Source: Leucoraja ocellata
Lineage: Eukaryota
Assembly (NCBI GenBank): GCA_036785375.1
Contig: JAWMAR010000384.1
Location: 1,550,001-1,614,000, forward strand
Length of the DNA: 64,000 bases
Reading direction: 5' to 3'
The notes beneath the pieces are model-generated. The model did not search any database. It was given only the letters and a program-made list of their open reading frames with translations, and had not been told where the DNA came from. The position numbers were made by a program, and so were the translations under genes. This document shows positions 13,830 to 27,797 of this stretch, piece by piece; the first letter of the stretch is position 1; every line of letters begins with the position of its first letter.

Positions 13830-14600
13830 GGTCTCTAAGAAATTGCACATGAATGAACTTGCAGAGTGGGCAAATAGTTGGCAAAGGGAATCAACACTGA
13901 TGAATGTGAAGCAGTACATTTAGTTAAAAAATATGGAATTGCTTTCTCATTCTCCGATGCATGTCTAAATGTGGAAGGGGAAAGAAAGATATCTCAAAAT
14001 ATGACAATCGTTAAAAGGTTTATTAGAGCTTAGTAAGGTCATAGAGTAGATTGAACACTACACTGTATTTCTAAATTTGAAAAGTATGGAAGTTATGTAG
14101 AGTTTCTGCGGACCCTTGGTTAGGCCGCACTTAGCCTACTCCATTTACTTTACTCTTCAGGTTATCAGGAAGGATAAAGACATATTGGTGATGGTAGGGT
14201 TACAAGGATGTCACCTGAAATGTAATAGTATTCATATCAGGAAGTCGGAATAGACTAGTCCGTTTTCTCAAAGAATGAAGGCTGAATGACGAGCTGATAG
14301 AATTCTGGTCGAGTTGGTACAGAGTGGATGTTTCCACTGGTGGGAAAGGGCATAACCAGAGCCCTACAGGATCAGAGTCACCATGAAAACTAAGAGAATT
14401 CTGAAGAAACGTATTTACTTAGAATGGTGAGAATGTTACACCAAATGATTTACACAAGCATTACAAATGTATTCAAGGGGACTGGACCAACATGGGACAC
14501 AGAAGGGAATAGAGGGTTAGGCTGATTTTGGTTCAGATGTTGATGGATGAGAGGGAGCTCAATGGACTTTATAGTCAAATTGCAGGTTTGCATGCTGTAT
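13830..14600 (+). mobile_element. Old CR1 LINE fragment (approximate)
   Basis: gagtgggcaaatagttggcaa (EWANSWQ) and ttggttaggccgcactta (LVRPHL) CR1 ORF2 motifs. Confidence 0.6.
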
Positions 14601-14618
14601 ATCTTATGTCTTAAAATT

Positions 14619-15072
14619 TAGAACATAGAATAGTACAGTACAGGAATGGGCCCTTCGAACACAATGTTTGTGCTGAACCTAATGCCAAGTTAAACTGAGC
14701 TCATCTGCCTATTAACCTTCATTAGCCACCATTCTCTGCACTTCCATGTGCATATCTAAAAGCTCTTATATGCCACTATTGTATCTGCTTTCACCACCAC
14801 TCCAGGCAATGATTTCAAGGCCCCCACTACACTCTGTGTAAAATAAAATGCCCCAAATATCTCCATTAAACTTTCCCCCTTTCACCTTATAGTTATGCCC
14901 TCTAGTGTTGCACATTTCCACCCTGGGGGAAAAGATTCTGATTGTCTATTTTTTCCATGCTTCTCATAGTTGTATATACTTACATGAGTTCTTCCCTTAT
15001 CCGCCAATGTTCCTGAGAAAACAAACCAAGTCTATCCATGTAGATGAAACCCCCTGATCCAGGCAACATTCT
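14619..15072 (-). mobile_element. CR1-type LINE 3' fragment, second subfamily
   Basis: tagaacatagaatagtacagtacaggaatgggccc tail; homologous to 49470-49912. Confidence 0.75.
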
Positions 15073-15574
15073 TGTGATGTCTTATTTAGTGCTGTTGGAT
15101 ATGCTGTGAAATCTGGTTTTCGGGATGCACACTCAAGCATGTTTGTAATTTGGTAATTATACACAGTGCATCAAATAAATGTCATATTTCATGCTAATGC
15201 TTGGCTTTGTTTGGGATGAATGTGTTCTCCATTAGTTTGGTATCAAAGTTATTGATTTAGTTTGCGTTCCAAGGTTTCCTGCAAGCTGGTGTTGATCAAG
15301 AAGAATATCTCCAATGCTACTGACTTCTATCATTGAAGTGCGTGATATGTGTTATGTTAAGGGAAATGAGCCAAGAGAGCAGCATGAGATCACCCACGCA
15401 TATGTTAAAGGGATATGCGGTCGAGTGGGAAAATGCATGAAGTACAGGATTAGCCATGATCTTTTAGAAAGGCAGAGGAAGCACGAGGAACCATCTGGCC
15501 TACGTCGGTTCCTATTACATATGTTTTTACATATTGGAGAAAATAAATATTTCATGAATTGTTTCTTTGCACAG

Positions 15575-15650
15575 GCACATTATTCTACAGGAAAAGTCTC
15601 AGCTTCCTTCACATCCACAGCAGTGAGTCCTGAAACTACACATGAAGCAG
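15575..15650 (+). CDS. PPIL2: PPIL2 internal coding exon (AHYSTGKVSASFTSTAVSPETTHEA)
   Basis: ctttgcacag|GCA and GCAG|gtaaat; 76 nt; HYSTGKVSASFTST is a hallmark PPIL2 motif. Confidence 0.96.
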
Positions 15651-18600
15651 GTAAATTAGATTAGCCACTTCAGCTACAGAATGTTACAGTTGGATCCTGC
15701 TCAACACAGTCTTGCCATTTGTCAGCTAAAACCAGCATGTGCTATTTACCTAGCACGCACAACACTGATTTGTGTTCCTTTGCATGTCAGTTCATAGACG
15801 GCCAGACTGAAAATTTTGTTTGCCAATATACTTAATAAAAAAAGATGCCTTCTGGCTCTGTAAAGAAAGGTTGAGACTTCTAGAAAGAAAGTTGGTAAAT
15901 AAAGCCAACAAGATAGAACAGTATATCAAATACATATGATTTAGTTTAAGTATTTAGAACTGAAGCCTATGTGCATACAGATGAGAAATAGAGACACAAC
16001 AATCTTTTGACCACCATTTTTTTTTCTTCATAAATCAGAGTAATTTATTAAGCTTGGTGTTGATATTACTTTTGGAAGGTTGATCAATAGTGCTGATGAC
16101 CACGTGAGAGGGAATAGATTACTGGGAAATAAGCCAATGAACGTGGATACGCAGTGCATTCTGGTGCATTCAAAAGGCTGACCTCGTCTACAGTGATAGG
16201 TTACTCATTTATTGTACATGTAGATATTTCAGGCTTTGGTATATTATTTCCAATCAGCCTCACCTGAAACCAAGACTTTATTGTTTTGCCATGTAATACA
16301 CTGAAAAGATTATAGACATGATAATTCTGCTTAATTTCCATCCATGCATTAAATACAAAAAGTAAAGCCATATCTATTTTTCTATACTCCTGGGATGAAC
16401 ATGAGCCAATGATAACAAATAGAGCTCCACTTTGAGCAGTTACAGCAAGTTCCTACAAGTACTGTTAATGTGGAATCATTTAACTACTAATCAGATGCAG
16501 AGCAGTAAGGCAGTGGGATATATTTTTCTTTCTGCTACAAATTCCCCATAAGTGCTTCATTTTGAGGCTTGCTAACTGTCTTGAAATCCACAAACCTATA
16601 AACAGAAAAAAAAAGGGAAACATTCCCCCGTGTATTTTCATCACTACAAGACATCACTACAATAGGTCTTGGGAAAAAAAAATCTTTCTGAACATATTAT
16701 GTTCCATCCAACATATCCTTGCCTACTTGCTATAAATCTGTTTAATCAAAACTGATGTTGTTTGAAGTTGGACCCATATCCAGAATTCATAGAAGCCCCA
16801 GCCCATTAGTTCACTCATCTTATGATGAATGAAAGCCTCACTTGGGGCTGTGCTTCAAAAAGCTATCTTTGAATCTTTCACATAGGTTTTCTCACAATCC
16901 AGATTCCTCATGTTAAGCTAAAAATCTGAAAAAGCAATTTCTCTGAGTTGCAGATAGTTGCTTGTAATAGGTTATATTTTAGATTTATGTTCTGATAATA
17001 GTCTAATTCGAGCAACATCAAAACAGTTGACCATTCAATCACTGGTAAATTGTGATGAATTCATTTCCATTTATCTACCTTTATATCATCTCTCCTGATA
17101 CCCATGACAAAGCCTTATCAGTCCCAGTCTGGAAATGTTCAATTATCTAGGTTACAGGACCAATATATTTTTGTTGGCAATGTTGCAAGTCTTTGTTATC
17201 CTTTGTAGATGAAAGAGGTTTCCGATTTCAGTCCCAAATGTCACAGCACTTATTTTCTGCATTTATTGCCTGGATTTTCCCACCAATCAAAAAGTTGTAA
17301 TTTCTGTAATATTTATATTGAACCTTTTGAATATTTTAAAGAGCTTAATTTCATTACCACCATTCTAAACGTGGAGGATTGCAAACCATTTATGCAAAAT
17401 GTACTAGATATTCTTTCCTTTTTGCTGATTCTGTCTCCTGCCCCATTTATATTTTCTGCTTTCCTTGCATCCCTCCTCTTTGTCCCTCATTATTCCTTCC
17501 TCTACCCTTACCCACATCATTCCCTCCCCAGGTTCCTCCTCACCCAGCCCAGTTGTGTGGCTTGTCTCCATGCAAACTATACCATTTTCTTGTGCAAACG
17601 ATAACATTTTCATCATTCAGTCACTTTGGCAACGATCAAGTTAGGATAAAATTGAAGCTCAAGACATACTATTCGGCACTAGCCGTCTAAAAAGTCATGT
17701 GGTATTGACAGACACCTAGATGTAGGATTTTTATTTTTCAGTTGCATGGTGGCACATGGTGGCTCCCTGAAAAACAAGTTGAATGACATGGTGGTTCAAA
17801 AGTATCTAGAAAGCATTCGGATTAGATTTTCCCTTCTTCTACAACTAATTTAAATAAGTGACACAATACTACTAATTGCATAAAGTGTTCACCTTAAACC
17901 ATTCAGGAAGTTACATGATGAAACAATATTGGGATTGTTAACCAAGCACAGCAATTAATTACTATCCGTAAACCGACATAATGCACATTTTGGCATACTG
18001 TGCATATTTTAATATTTTAAATAATGTATGTCTATTGTCTATTTTTATTGGTATGTTGTCTGTCTGTGTTTTTAATATTAATTGCACATTTGGAGTATGG
18101 GGAAACGTAATTTCGATCCTCTGTGTAACTACTGTTGCATAATTGAATTGACAATAAAGTTTACTTTGAACTTTGAAGTCATGATGTGAGGATAACTCCA
18201 ATGACAGGAGGTTTTATAGGGCTATATGTCCAAAATTGCTTGCTCCATCCCTGCATGCAATGCTTTTGCTATCTTGGGTGAAGTACAGCAGACTAAAATG
18301 TTGTTTTCTGCAATTAATCTAACCAATTTTGAAACAATTAAATTATATAAAATCATAATTGCACCCAATGCCATTGCATTTGTTTCCTGTTGCCTTTGAT
18401 AGGCCTTTATTGAAAAGAATGTTGCCTTCCTTTAAGAGAATATATAGATCTTAAGATCTGATCAGCAATCTGTGCTAAATGTATTTAATTCCACCATGAG
18501 AGAATAAAAAAAATAACATTGAAGCCCAAATTAAACATCCTTATCACCTTCTATAAGCTCCAACCACCTACCTCACCCCGAAAATCCATAATATTGTTAT

Positions 18601-18792
18601 TCAATTAGAAGGGCATCACAATCTCCAGTTTCCGGCCACCATACTTTTAGCAGATAACCAAACTTTATCAATATGGTTTCCCAATTTTCATTCTTAATAT
18701 GCTTTTCATCTTGTTAAGATAAATTAAGCTCCTCTTTGTTAAATTGTGGATCAGATTGAATGTTATAATTTCATCTCGACTTTCCTTCACAG

Positions 18793-18899
18793 CTGCAATT
18801 GATGATGACCAGGTTCGTTACCGCTATGTCAAAAAGAAAGGATATGTCCGACTCCATACAACCAAAGGCGATCTGAACTTGGAGTTGCATTGTGAAATG
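18793..18899 (+). CDS. PPIL2: PPIL2 exon, start of cyclophilin domain (AAIDDDQVRYRYVKKKGYVRLHTTKGDLNLELHCEM)
   Basis: tttccttcacag|CT and ATG|gttagt; 107 nt, phase 1 to 0. Confidence 0.96.
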
Positions 18900-21203
18900 G
18901 TTAGTACAGTATTTAGCTTTCACAATAATTACTGTGCAATGTTTCTCTTTATATATTAATACGAATAAAACAACAAAATGTTGTGAAAGCCAGATGGTGC
19001 AAGTCTTCTCAGCATGGACCAATTTCAATGAATAAATGAAAATAATTTTTAAGAACAAAGTTCCAGCTGTGCTTCACCACCAGCACCAAATATAGATCAT
19101 GGCTCTAACTTGGGAATTTTTGTCACACATCTGTGTGTTTGTATCAGAGCAGGGGGGTGTAGGAATACTAGGGATTGCAAGAAATATATGAAATCTCTAA
19201 CTTGTTTTCAGTTTATTTCATTATGTATAATCACTCCTTTGCAGCATGAGTTAAGTTCATGGACTTCATCGACCTTTGTGCATGACATTTCTACTGCAGA
19301 CATATTTAAAACACGTGTGTATATAAGTTTGTATTGTTTACCTTTTGCCTTGTAGAAAGTCCAAAACCCTTTTCAAACGCTGTTCACTTTATTGGCCACC
19401 AGGGGATGCACTAAGCTAGTGAAGACATAAAGTGTAAACTAAAATGATCGGACATCTGCTTCTCCAGAACGGACAATGGCACCTGAACTAGTAACTAGTG
19501 TCATGTTGCTAATCCCCAAAGGAATGCACTTCAAATTATTAATGCATGTTCCAAGACTGCTCTACTGTGAACCTGAGCCTAAAGAGGATAACTGCTTATC
19601 ATGTTCCTAAACCTTCCCATGTGACACATACTATTTCAGGAGCATCTGGAGCAGATATATTTAAGTACTTATTCTACTTTGAGAAAAGGGTGTGATCAGC
19701 AGTAGGAATGTGTGCTGCCCATGACCTTGGTGAGACGATTCTGGGGCAAAACAGAATCAACCAACAGAACCAACAGGAAAGCATTAAAAAACTGCATTGA
19801 TAGTCCGTTAAATAATCTTGATCACATCTTTGGTATTTTATATATCAGTATAGATTCTCTACTAGAGGCTCACTCAAAGTTTTAAAGAGCCTTTGAGTGT
19901 TATGATAATCAAGTAAATCCCTCCTTTAGGTTTAAATAGAATTGTTCAAACCATAAATGTAACTTCTTGGTTTTTATTCAGTGCAGTGTTCCATTATGGC
20001 ACTCTGTATTTTATTATAAATGAACAATTTCAACTTGGTCTTCCCCGTTTCTGGTAATGCTGTTTAATTGTAAGAGGGGAGGGGTGAAGTTTTCTCCAAT
20101 GGGAGTGGGTCATGTGCAAATCAATGGGTTCAGTTTCAAGTTGGTAATTAACCTTTTAGTAATTACACAGTTCTGAGTCTTCTTTTGAAGGCTTGTATCA
20201 TGCTTCATGAATCTTTCAGAAGATGTTTTTGTCAGCTCGGCTTCCTTAATGAACCTCATCATGCTTTTAAGTCTGTAAAAATGGGATTTAACAGATTTTC
20301 CTTCAGCCTGCAACTGCAGCTGTCTTCATTGTTCCACAGCATTATTTATGTCACCGAGATATCTTATTAAGGTTTGAGTTTTGATGGTTCACATTTAATG
20401 AGCCTCGTGAACAAATATTGATTTGATCATGGGAGTTTTTGCTATCTACTGTTGTGACAGAGCTTCACCTCCACCCTGTAGAATTAGGGAAGCCATTCAG
20501 ACCCATAAATTCTAAAAGCTGGCAGGATTATGAAGCTGATCCACAGGAGACCAATTATACTGTTGTTTTAATTCATTTTCAATTCGGCTATTAACATTAG
20601 ACCTTCATTCACAGAAGAGGAAAATGTTACTGAGTTCCACCCTTTCCTTGACGCATTCACAGAAATTGGAGGGTGGTGCATTCCAAACATTCTGTAAAAG
20701 GAAGCACATTATTGCTACTGTGAGCTGTTCTGTCTCATTGAGCATAGTTTTGTACCAACCAGGAACAATTGGAACCTTGAAATTAGATTACCCCTCAAAC
20801 TTCTAAACTTGAGGGAACGCAAGCAGATTTTTTGCAATATTTCTTAATTCAACCTTTCAAGCCCAATATCATTATTGTGCATCTGTGCTCTACATCCAAG
20901 GATGTTGTTTAGTTTATTTTGGAGGTATAATATGGAAATCTGCCCTTCAGCCCTTGACTCCATATGTCTTTGGGATATGGGAGTGTAATATGTTACACAA
21001 GGGAGATTCAGCATTTCTGAGGTGCAGTATGCAAAACTAATCAAAAAAATCACCAGGTAGAGGCCAAGTAAAGCACTGTTCGACCCGAGCATAAGCTCCT
21101 CTGTTTCTTCCTTCCAACATTCACGTTAACATGTTTTAATACATTTTATACATGTACACTTATTTCAGTGCTTTGATCACAGTAAGCACCAAATCACTGT
21201 TTA

Positions 21204-22092
21204 AGAAAAAACTGCAGATGCTGGAAAAATCAAAGGTGGACAAAAATGCTGGAGAAACTCAGCGGATGAGGCAGCATCTATGGAGCAAAGGAATAGGCGA
21301 CGTTTCGGGTCGAGACACTTCTTCAGACTGAAGGGGGGGGTGGGGGGGGGGGGGGGAGGCGGGAAAAAGAAAGGAAGAGGCAGAAACAGTAGGCTGTGGG
21401 AGGTGGGGAGGGGAGGGGAGGGGAAGGAGGGAGAAAGCAAGGACAACCTGAAATTGGAGAATTCGATGTTCATACCGCCTGGGTGTAAATTACCCAAGCG
21501 AAATATGAGGTGCTGCTCCTCCAATTTACGGTGGGACTCACTGTGGCCATGGAGGAGGCCCAGGACAGAAAGGTCGGATGCGGAATGAGAGGGGCAGTTG
21601 AAGTACTGAGCCACCAGGAGATCAGGTTGGTTAATGCAAACTGAGTAGAGGTGTTGGGCAAAGTGATTGCCAAGCCTGCGCTTGGTCTCACCGATGTAGA
21701 GCAGTTGACACCTGGAACAGCGGATGCAGTAGATGAGGTTGGAGGAGGTGCAGGTGAACCTCTGACTCACCTGGAAAGACTGCTTGGATCCTTGGATGGT
21801 GTCGAGGGGGGAGGTAAAGCGACAAGTGTAGCAAGGGAAAGTACCAGGGGGAAGGGGTGGTTTGGGTGGGAAGGGACGAATTGACCAGGGAGTTACGGAG
21901 GAAGTGGTCTCTGCGGAAAGCCGACGGGAGGAGATGGGAAGTTGTGGCCAGTGGTGGGATCCCGTTGGGAATGCAAAATTGTCGGAGGATTATGTGTTGT
22001 ATGTGACGGCTGGTAGGGTGGAAGGCCTGGTGAAAGCCTCATCTATAGTCGAAGAGGGGAATCCCCGTCCCCTAAAGAATGACAAAATCACT
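21204..22092 (-). mobile_element. 5'-truncated Penelope-like element: GIY-YIG endonuclease C-terminus plus terminal repeat with hammerhead-like motif
   Basis: Minus ORF FTCTSSNLIYCIRCSRCQLLYIGETKRRL...LEEQHLIFRLGNLHPGGMNIEF; 10-bp TSD tcactgttta (21194-21203 / 22093-22102). Confidence 0.9.
21299..21326 (-). ncRNA. Hammerhead-like motif downstream of the GIY-YIG coding region
   Basis: CUGAAGA A GUGU-CUCG-ACCC GAAAC GUC on the element's sense strand; one stem II mismatch. Confidence 0.55.
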
Positions 22093-24074
22093 TCACTGTT
22101 TAGCTTCTGGTCTCATGGTATTAAGAAAAGGATTGGATTTTTTGGATCAAAGCCGATGTTCTCATAGTTCCTTTATTTAATGCTATTTTGCTCAATAGAT
22201 ATCCCTTTGTAATTACTTTCTTTAATCCAAACAGCATCCACAGACATTGAAACAGATGGCAAAAAGAAGCATAAACAAATTAGAAACATTGACTGGGATG
22301 CATTATATTTCACTGCCTTGACTTCCTGTTCTGAGAAATATCAGTGTTAGCTACAGTACTTGCTCCCCGAGTTAAAAGATTATTTTTTATTTAGAGATTT
22401 ATCCTGGATTGCCACTACAGAGTGCAATTACCTTTAGAGTGCAGCATCCAGAATTCTGGATTGTTAACCCAGAGGCTTCAGTTTAAATCTCACCATTGTA
22501 TTTTCAGGAATACTCAAATGCTCGGAATAAAATCTACAATTAGGAAAATAAACTGGCTGCTGAAATGGTAGCTATGAGACCACTAGATTTGGATAAATAC
22601 TTAAATTAAGAAAATGAAGTTATGGAGAAAAAGAATGACTGTAGGACTAATTAGATTTATCAAAAAGATATGCTGAACCAAATGGCTGCTAGCTATTCCA
22701 TATAATTGTTTGATGATGGCAAAAATCACTTTAAAATGGTCTTTAGTAGCTTTGGAACCTTGAAGTCATGTATAAAATCTTTTTTTTTAATTTTCTGAAA
22801 TGTAATCCAATGGTGAATTGACAATGAAAAGTGTAATCTCCATTATTAATCAATAATCATATTATATGAAACATCGTTTTTTCTGAAAATTACACAGATA
22901 AAAATAAATCAGTGAAGCAGTCATACTCGAGCGTGATTGCCTGGTAATAGATTAAAGATGTAATATCTCTGAATAGCAATAATTCTGTTAGGACTACCTG
23001 TTTTTCATATAATTCTCGTAACAGCTTTTATATTTTTCCATATTAGTAACTGCTTTGTTTCTTGGCTCTGCTTTTATTTAAATGGAATTTTCCAAAGCAT
23101 TGACTTACATGTGCAAATAATATTGCATGCTGACAAACTCACAGCAACAATCTCTTCCCATCTGTGCCAAAGCATGCTTCTTTCTGTTTTGTGTTACTGA
23201 AAGATATTCAGTCAGGCACATAGTGGATTAAAAAAGTTCAACATGTTAAAACACCTGGCAAAGTGAAGAATAATATTCCATTGCTGATGTACGATTTCCA
23301 TTCCTCTTAAGTCAAAGTGACTAAAATCTCAGGGAATCTGAATTAGAATGAATTTTCAACATTTTTGATGACTCATTACTTCAATAATTACCACACATTG
23401 TTGGCACTCCTTTTAATTAGTGTGTAGAAATGCAGCCAAAGCATTCACATCAACTGAACTTCCACTGGGGAAAAAAGACGAGAAAGCTAAACAAATTAGG
23501 GCTATTTATTTATTCCCAACTTCTCAAGAATATAGATACTTCAGCATCTTGCATTAGTATTTAAATAGCTATTAATAGCTCATGACAATTTTTTATTCCT
23601 CAATAGCTATTAATGGCATGATAAATTTTAATTCCTGAATTTAATAAAAACAATTTTTTAGATGTTGGCCTGGAAGAAGTCAACGCTTGTTCGCTGAATT
23701 TGGAGGATTTTGTAGAGATAACATTGGTATTTTTACAATGTTTTATGGTGCCTGCTATAGGAAGTCTGGGTCTCAGTAGCAAAAAGCGGACTGGGATCAA
23801 TGCCGCCCAGTTGACCATATGTTCTCCGCAAGGTCTGATCTTGTATTGGGTCTTGTAGAAAGCTAGATTACTTCGTAACAGAAAAATATTTCTCCATGTC
23901 ATCTCTTGCTCCATGATGCATTGCCAAAATGTTTGTACAATTATACTCCAGATTTATTCAAACTTTCACCTGTCCAACATACCACTAATACAAATAAAAT
24001 TGTACAGCTGCATGATACAGATACAATGAACACAAGAAAACATAGTGTATCTTTTTTCTGTTTAACTTTCATAG

Positions 24075-24164
24075 ACTCCCAAGGCATGTGAGAATTTCAT
24101 CAAATTGTGCAAAAAGGGATATTACAATGGAACAAAATTTCACAGATCTATCCGGAACTTCATG
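24075..24164 (+). CDS. PPIL2: PPIL2 cyclophilin-domain exon (TPKACENFIKLCKKGYYNGTKFHRSIRNFM)
   Basis: ctttcatag|ACT and ATG|gtgagt; 90 nt; cyclophilin FHR.I..FM motif. Confidence 0.97.
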
Positions 24165-25042
24165 GTGAGTTTTTATTGCTTAATACTTTTGAAATATGAT
24201 TTGCACAATAGTACTCACAGATTTGCACCAATTCAAAATCGGTATTCAAGATACAAGATTAATTTTGTTGGATTTGCCGATGTCAGTAAGAGAAAAGGAC
24301 AGATCATCTTTTACAACCTGGCAGAGTGTCAAAAATGTATTTATCTCAGCGTATCCAAAAGCTAAGCATCTGCGATCCTTTGTAGTACAAAATCTAATCT
24401 TTCTCTGGGTGACCAAATTCCTCTTGACTAAGTGTTCCTTATCCCAAGGGTATGTTCCTTGTTCTGGATATTTAGTGCTGTCTAGCCTTAATTCCTTAAT
24501 TGAGTGAACACAATTCCATGATATAAAACTGCTTGCAATTTGACAATCTTTCTCAGTTAATCATAGGATCATTAGCACTGAAATTGGTAACGCACGACAA
24601 ACGTGCTTTTGGAAAGACTTTCACCTTAAATTGTCCAATTTGATCAAACTGAAGCCAAAGCAAATGAAAAATTATCGGCATCTAACATGTTGTATTTGCA
24701 TTGAACGTGTTGCATTGTGATACTGACCATTAAATCTGTAAATTTGCCCATGTCAGCATCGCTTATGCCCAGTTAATAGCCAATGTTGGTAAACGGAGCT
24801 CCACATTACATCAAATGTGACAATTGTGTGGGGAGGTCTCCTTGAGGACAGCAGTGACTGTCATTGCTGTACTGCTTAACCTGATGTCCAGGCCATTATT
24901 TTGTATCCCGCAAAAATGTGCACATTTTAAAACTAGCAGTCGAAATGTAAATAAAATATATTTAATCCTGCAACAATCGTAGGTTCCTGGCATTTTCCCT
25001 TATTGCTGGTAGGCATGTGACTGCAAAGCCCAGGCAGAAATC

Positions 25043-26006
25043 AAGTTTTTACCTTTCTGGATTTTTTTTTTAAATTATAGACATAGTTCTGCAGAGTTAG
25101 AAGAGCAAATAGGCGAGGCCATTACAGACAAATGGCAGGACTAAAGAATTAGTGAAGAAATCACATGGTCTGGCTGGATCAATTGAATCTCAACAAAGAC
25201 TTCATTCGAATATAAAACTCATTCAATCTAGATGCCCATATTTGATATTTTTAATCCAATTTCTCAATACCAGCACTTTAATCTTCAATGCAGCTTTTCT
25301 ATCACCAGTTTGAATATCCTGTTAATAAGGAATTATGTATAAATGAAGAAGTTATAATTAAAGGTCAATTGTTACCACCAGACTCTACAGGGTGACTTTT
25401 TAACTTTGAAGTTAACCTATTTGTTCATTTTGCTTCACTATTTAAAATCCTATCCGATATCTCTTCCAACTGATCTATTACTAACCACCCTATTTTGCAA
25501 AGACAACTAGAAGGTACTTAATCAGCATCTCCGTTTTTTATCCTGCCTCCATGCAAATTTGCCTCAACAATTGTACAACTTTTTCATTGTGAAATAGTCC
25601 CTTGTTATCTTTTTTTTACCCATTCGATCTATCTCTTGTAAGTAATATAGACCAGTTAATAATTGGATATTTTCAGTTTGGATTTGTCTTTGTCCCTTCC
25701 CATTGATACATTAAGCCTGATTATTTTATGATTAATATCACCCAAATGCCCCCCCCAATGCAACATTTGCCTATTTTCTCTAGAGGGAGCATCAGACATT
25801 CTTCCTTCAGTATTGGCAAGAAATGTTTTGAGACTAGGACATTTATTCCAACTACAGCTCCACTCCTCTGGAGTCCATGTTGGATTAATTGAGATCACCA
25901 CTAATTCTATAGTTCTGCTTTTGTCTGTAATGGCCTCACCTATTTGCTCTTCTAACTCTGAATAACTATGTCTATGATTTTAAAAAAAACAGATAGGTAA
26001 AAACTT
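25043..26006. repeat. Long diverged inverted repeat (arms about 110 bp) around a ~740-bp spacer
   Basis: 25043-25155 (agttagaagagcaaataggcgaggccattacagacaaa) is the reverse complement of 25897-26006 (tttgtctgtaatggcctcacctatttgctcttctaact). Confidence 0.8.
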
Positions 26007-27167
26007 TACTATTTTTATCATATCTACGATCTTTTGGTTCTCCTGGGTTTTAGATTCCTTGCATATCCCTGCTGAATACCTTGCAACATCTGCATATCTT
26101 AACTTAACAATGCCAAGTGAATGATATCTAAATACCTGTCAGTAACCAGTGGTATACCTGTGGTAGAGTTAATAGTTTGCACACTACTACCTCCTGAATA
26201 GTCACAGTAGACAAACTAAAATTTGAAGTGCTTGTTCCTAATTTGTCTTGTATAGCTGCATAGTGCCTGCGTACATCACATCAATTGGTAATCTTTTTCA
26301 GAGACAAATGAGTTAACATAAAACTTCTTGTCTTTGTGCCTAGATTTTCCTTCAGTATCCAATTGAAATTTGGATATTTATATAATTGAATATGCATATT
26401 TTTGACAGCTTTTATCGTATTTTTCCTAAGCACTTGTTTTTCTTTTGAAAATTGGCCCAAACAGTCTGATATGTTTAAAGGCTGAATTGTAAGATTATGT
26501 CTCAATTTGGTTGTGGTTTTCTGGATCACCTTGGTCATCTTGATGTCCATCATCAGGTAAAGACACAAAAACTGGAAATAGCGCTAAAGAGTTTAAACCA
26601 TCCAAATGATGCACTTTATTTTATTTTTTAATCCTTAAGCTTTTGAAAAGCTTTATCATACTGTTTTGAAGCTTCATTCATTTGGTTATTGATGAATTCT
26701 AGCAACTCTTCTGATACAATAATTGAGCCTGTATTTCCTTGAAGCCAGGTCCAACGCACAATCCTTATTTAACAAAATCTAAGGATATCAGGCTCTTCCA
26801 CTAATTTAAATAAATTGCTTTGTCCTATTTATTTGATCTAAATTCCCAGCTCATGTGAACCTTTTTGGTTCACGTGCATCCTTGCAACCGTTCCATAAAA
26901 TTGTTTACTTCACATCTGCATGCTCTACAAATTCCCACATCCAAATCATGATCAATTGTAATGTACGGCATTATTCTCAATAGAGACCCCTACTCCTGCC
27001 CCAGATAGATCTTCTGTTTATTATGACTACTGCCCTGGACATGTCTTTCACTTTTCCATTCCCACACCCATCTGTCTTATTTTCACACACATCCCAATTG
27101 TTACTTAAATATTCTCTACATTGTTTTATGGACTTATTGGGACATTATAGCTTCATTTTGGGTATAA

Positions 27168-27797
27168 TTTGAGAGGGGAACATAATTTTAAAAAACTCAA
27201 TGTCAGAACAACTCTTAAAAGTATGTGCATAGCAATCTGTGGTGTGAATTTGTGGAATGGTCTGGAACAGGAGATAAAACTTAGCACAAACATAATTCAA
27301 TTTAAAAAGATGTACAAAAACACTTTTTTAAAAAGATATTGGGATGAGGATAGGTTGTGAGTGGGATATTTGTTATACTGATTGTATTGGGAAGGGTGAT
27401 TATAGGGTGATGAGTTGTATATATGACTAAGATACTGTATGAGGGTTTTTTCTTTTCTTTTTTCTTTTTTTCTCTCTTTTTTGTATGGCTTTGTAAATAT
27501 TTGATTAGTGTATAAATGTAAATAATTTGGTGTACATATAACTGCTGGTGTACATATGGTGTACATATAGCTGCTATATTTGTATAAGATAATTATAAGC
27601 AGTTGAATAAGGGGTGGGAATTAATAAGCTTTGGCTTCTTCCTGCTCCTTTTCGGACACATACAATTTCATTTATTTCTAGATATTGTTTATTACACTTT
27701 ATAAATATTCTTGTTTTGTTTTTTGTATGCTGTTTCACACTTGCTTTTTATTCTTTTATTCTGTTCGAAATAAAGAATTAAATAAATAAATAAATAG
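27168..27797 (+). mobile_element. 5'-truncated LINE (L2/Crack/Daphne-like): ORF2 end, 3' UTR and (AAAT)n tail
   Basis: RTTLKSMCIAICGVNLWNGLEQEIKLSTNIIQFKKMYK is a typical LINE ORF2 C-terminus; tail at ~27780-27797; clade uncertain. Confidence 0.7.

Noticed and set aside
22446-22461. 16-bp perfect palindrome atccagaattctggat
   Set aside because: One of this length is plausible by chance in 64 kb and has no supporting context
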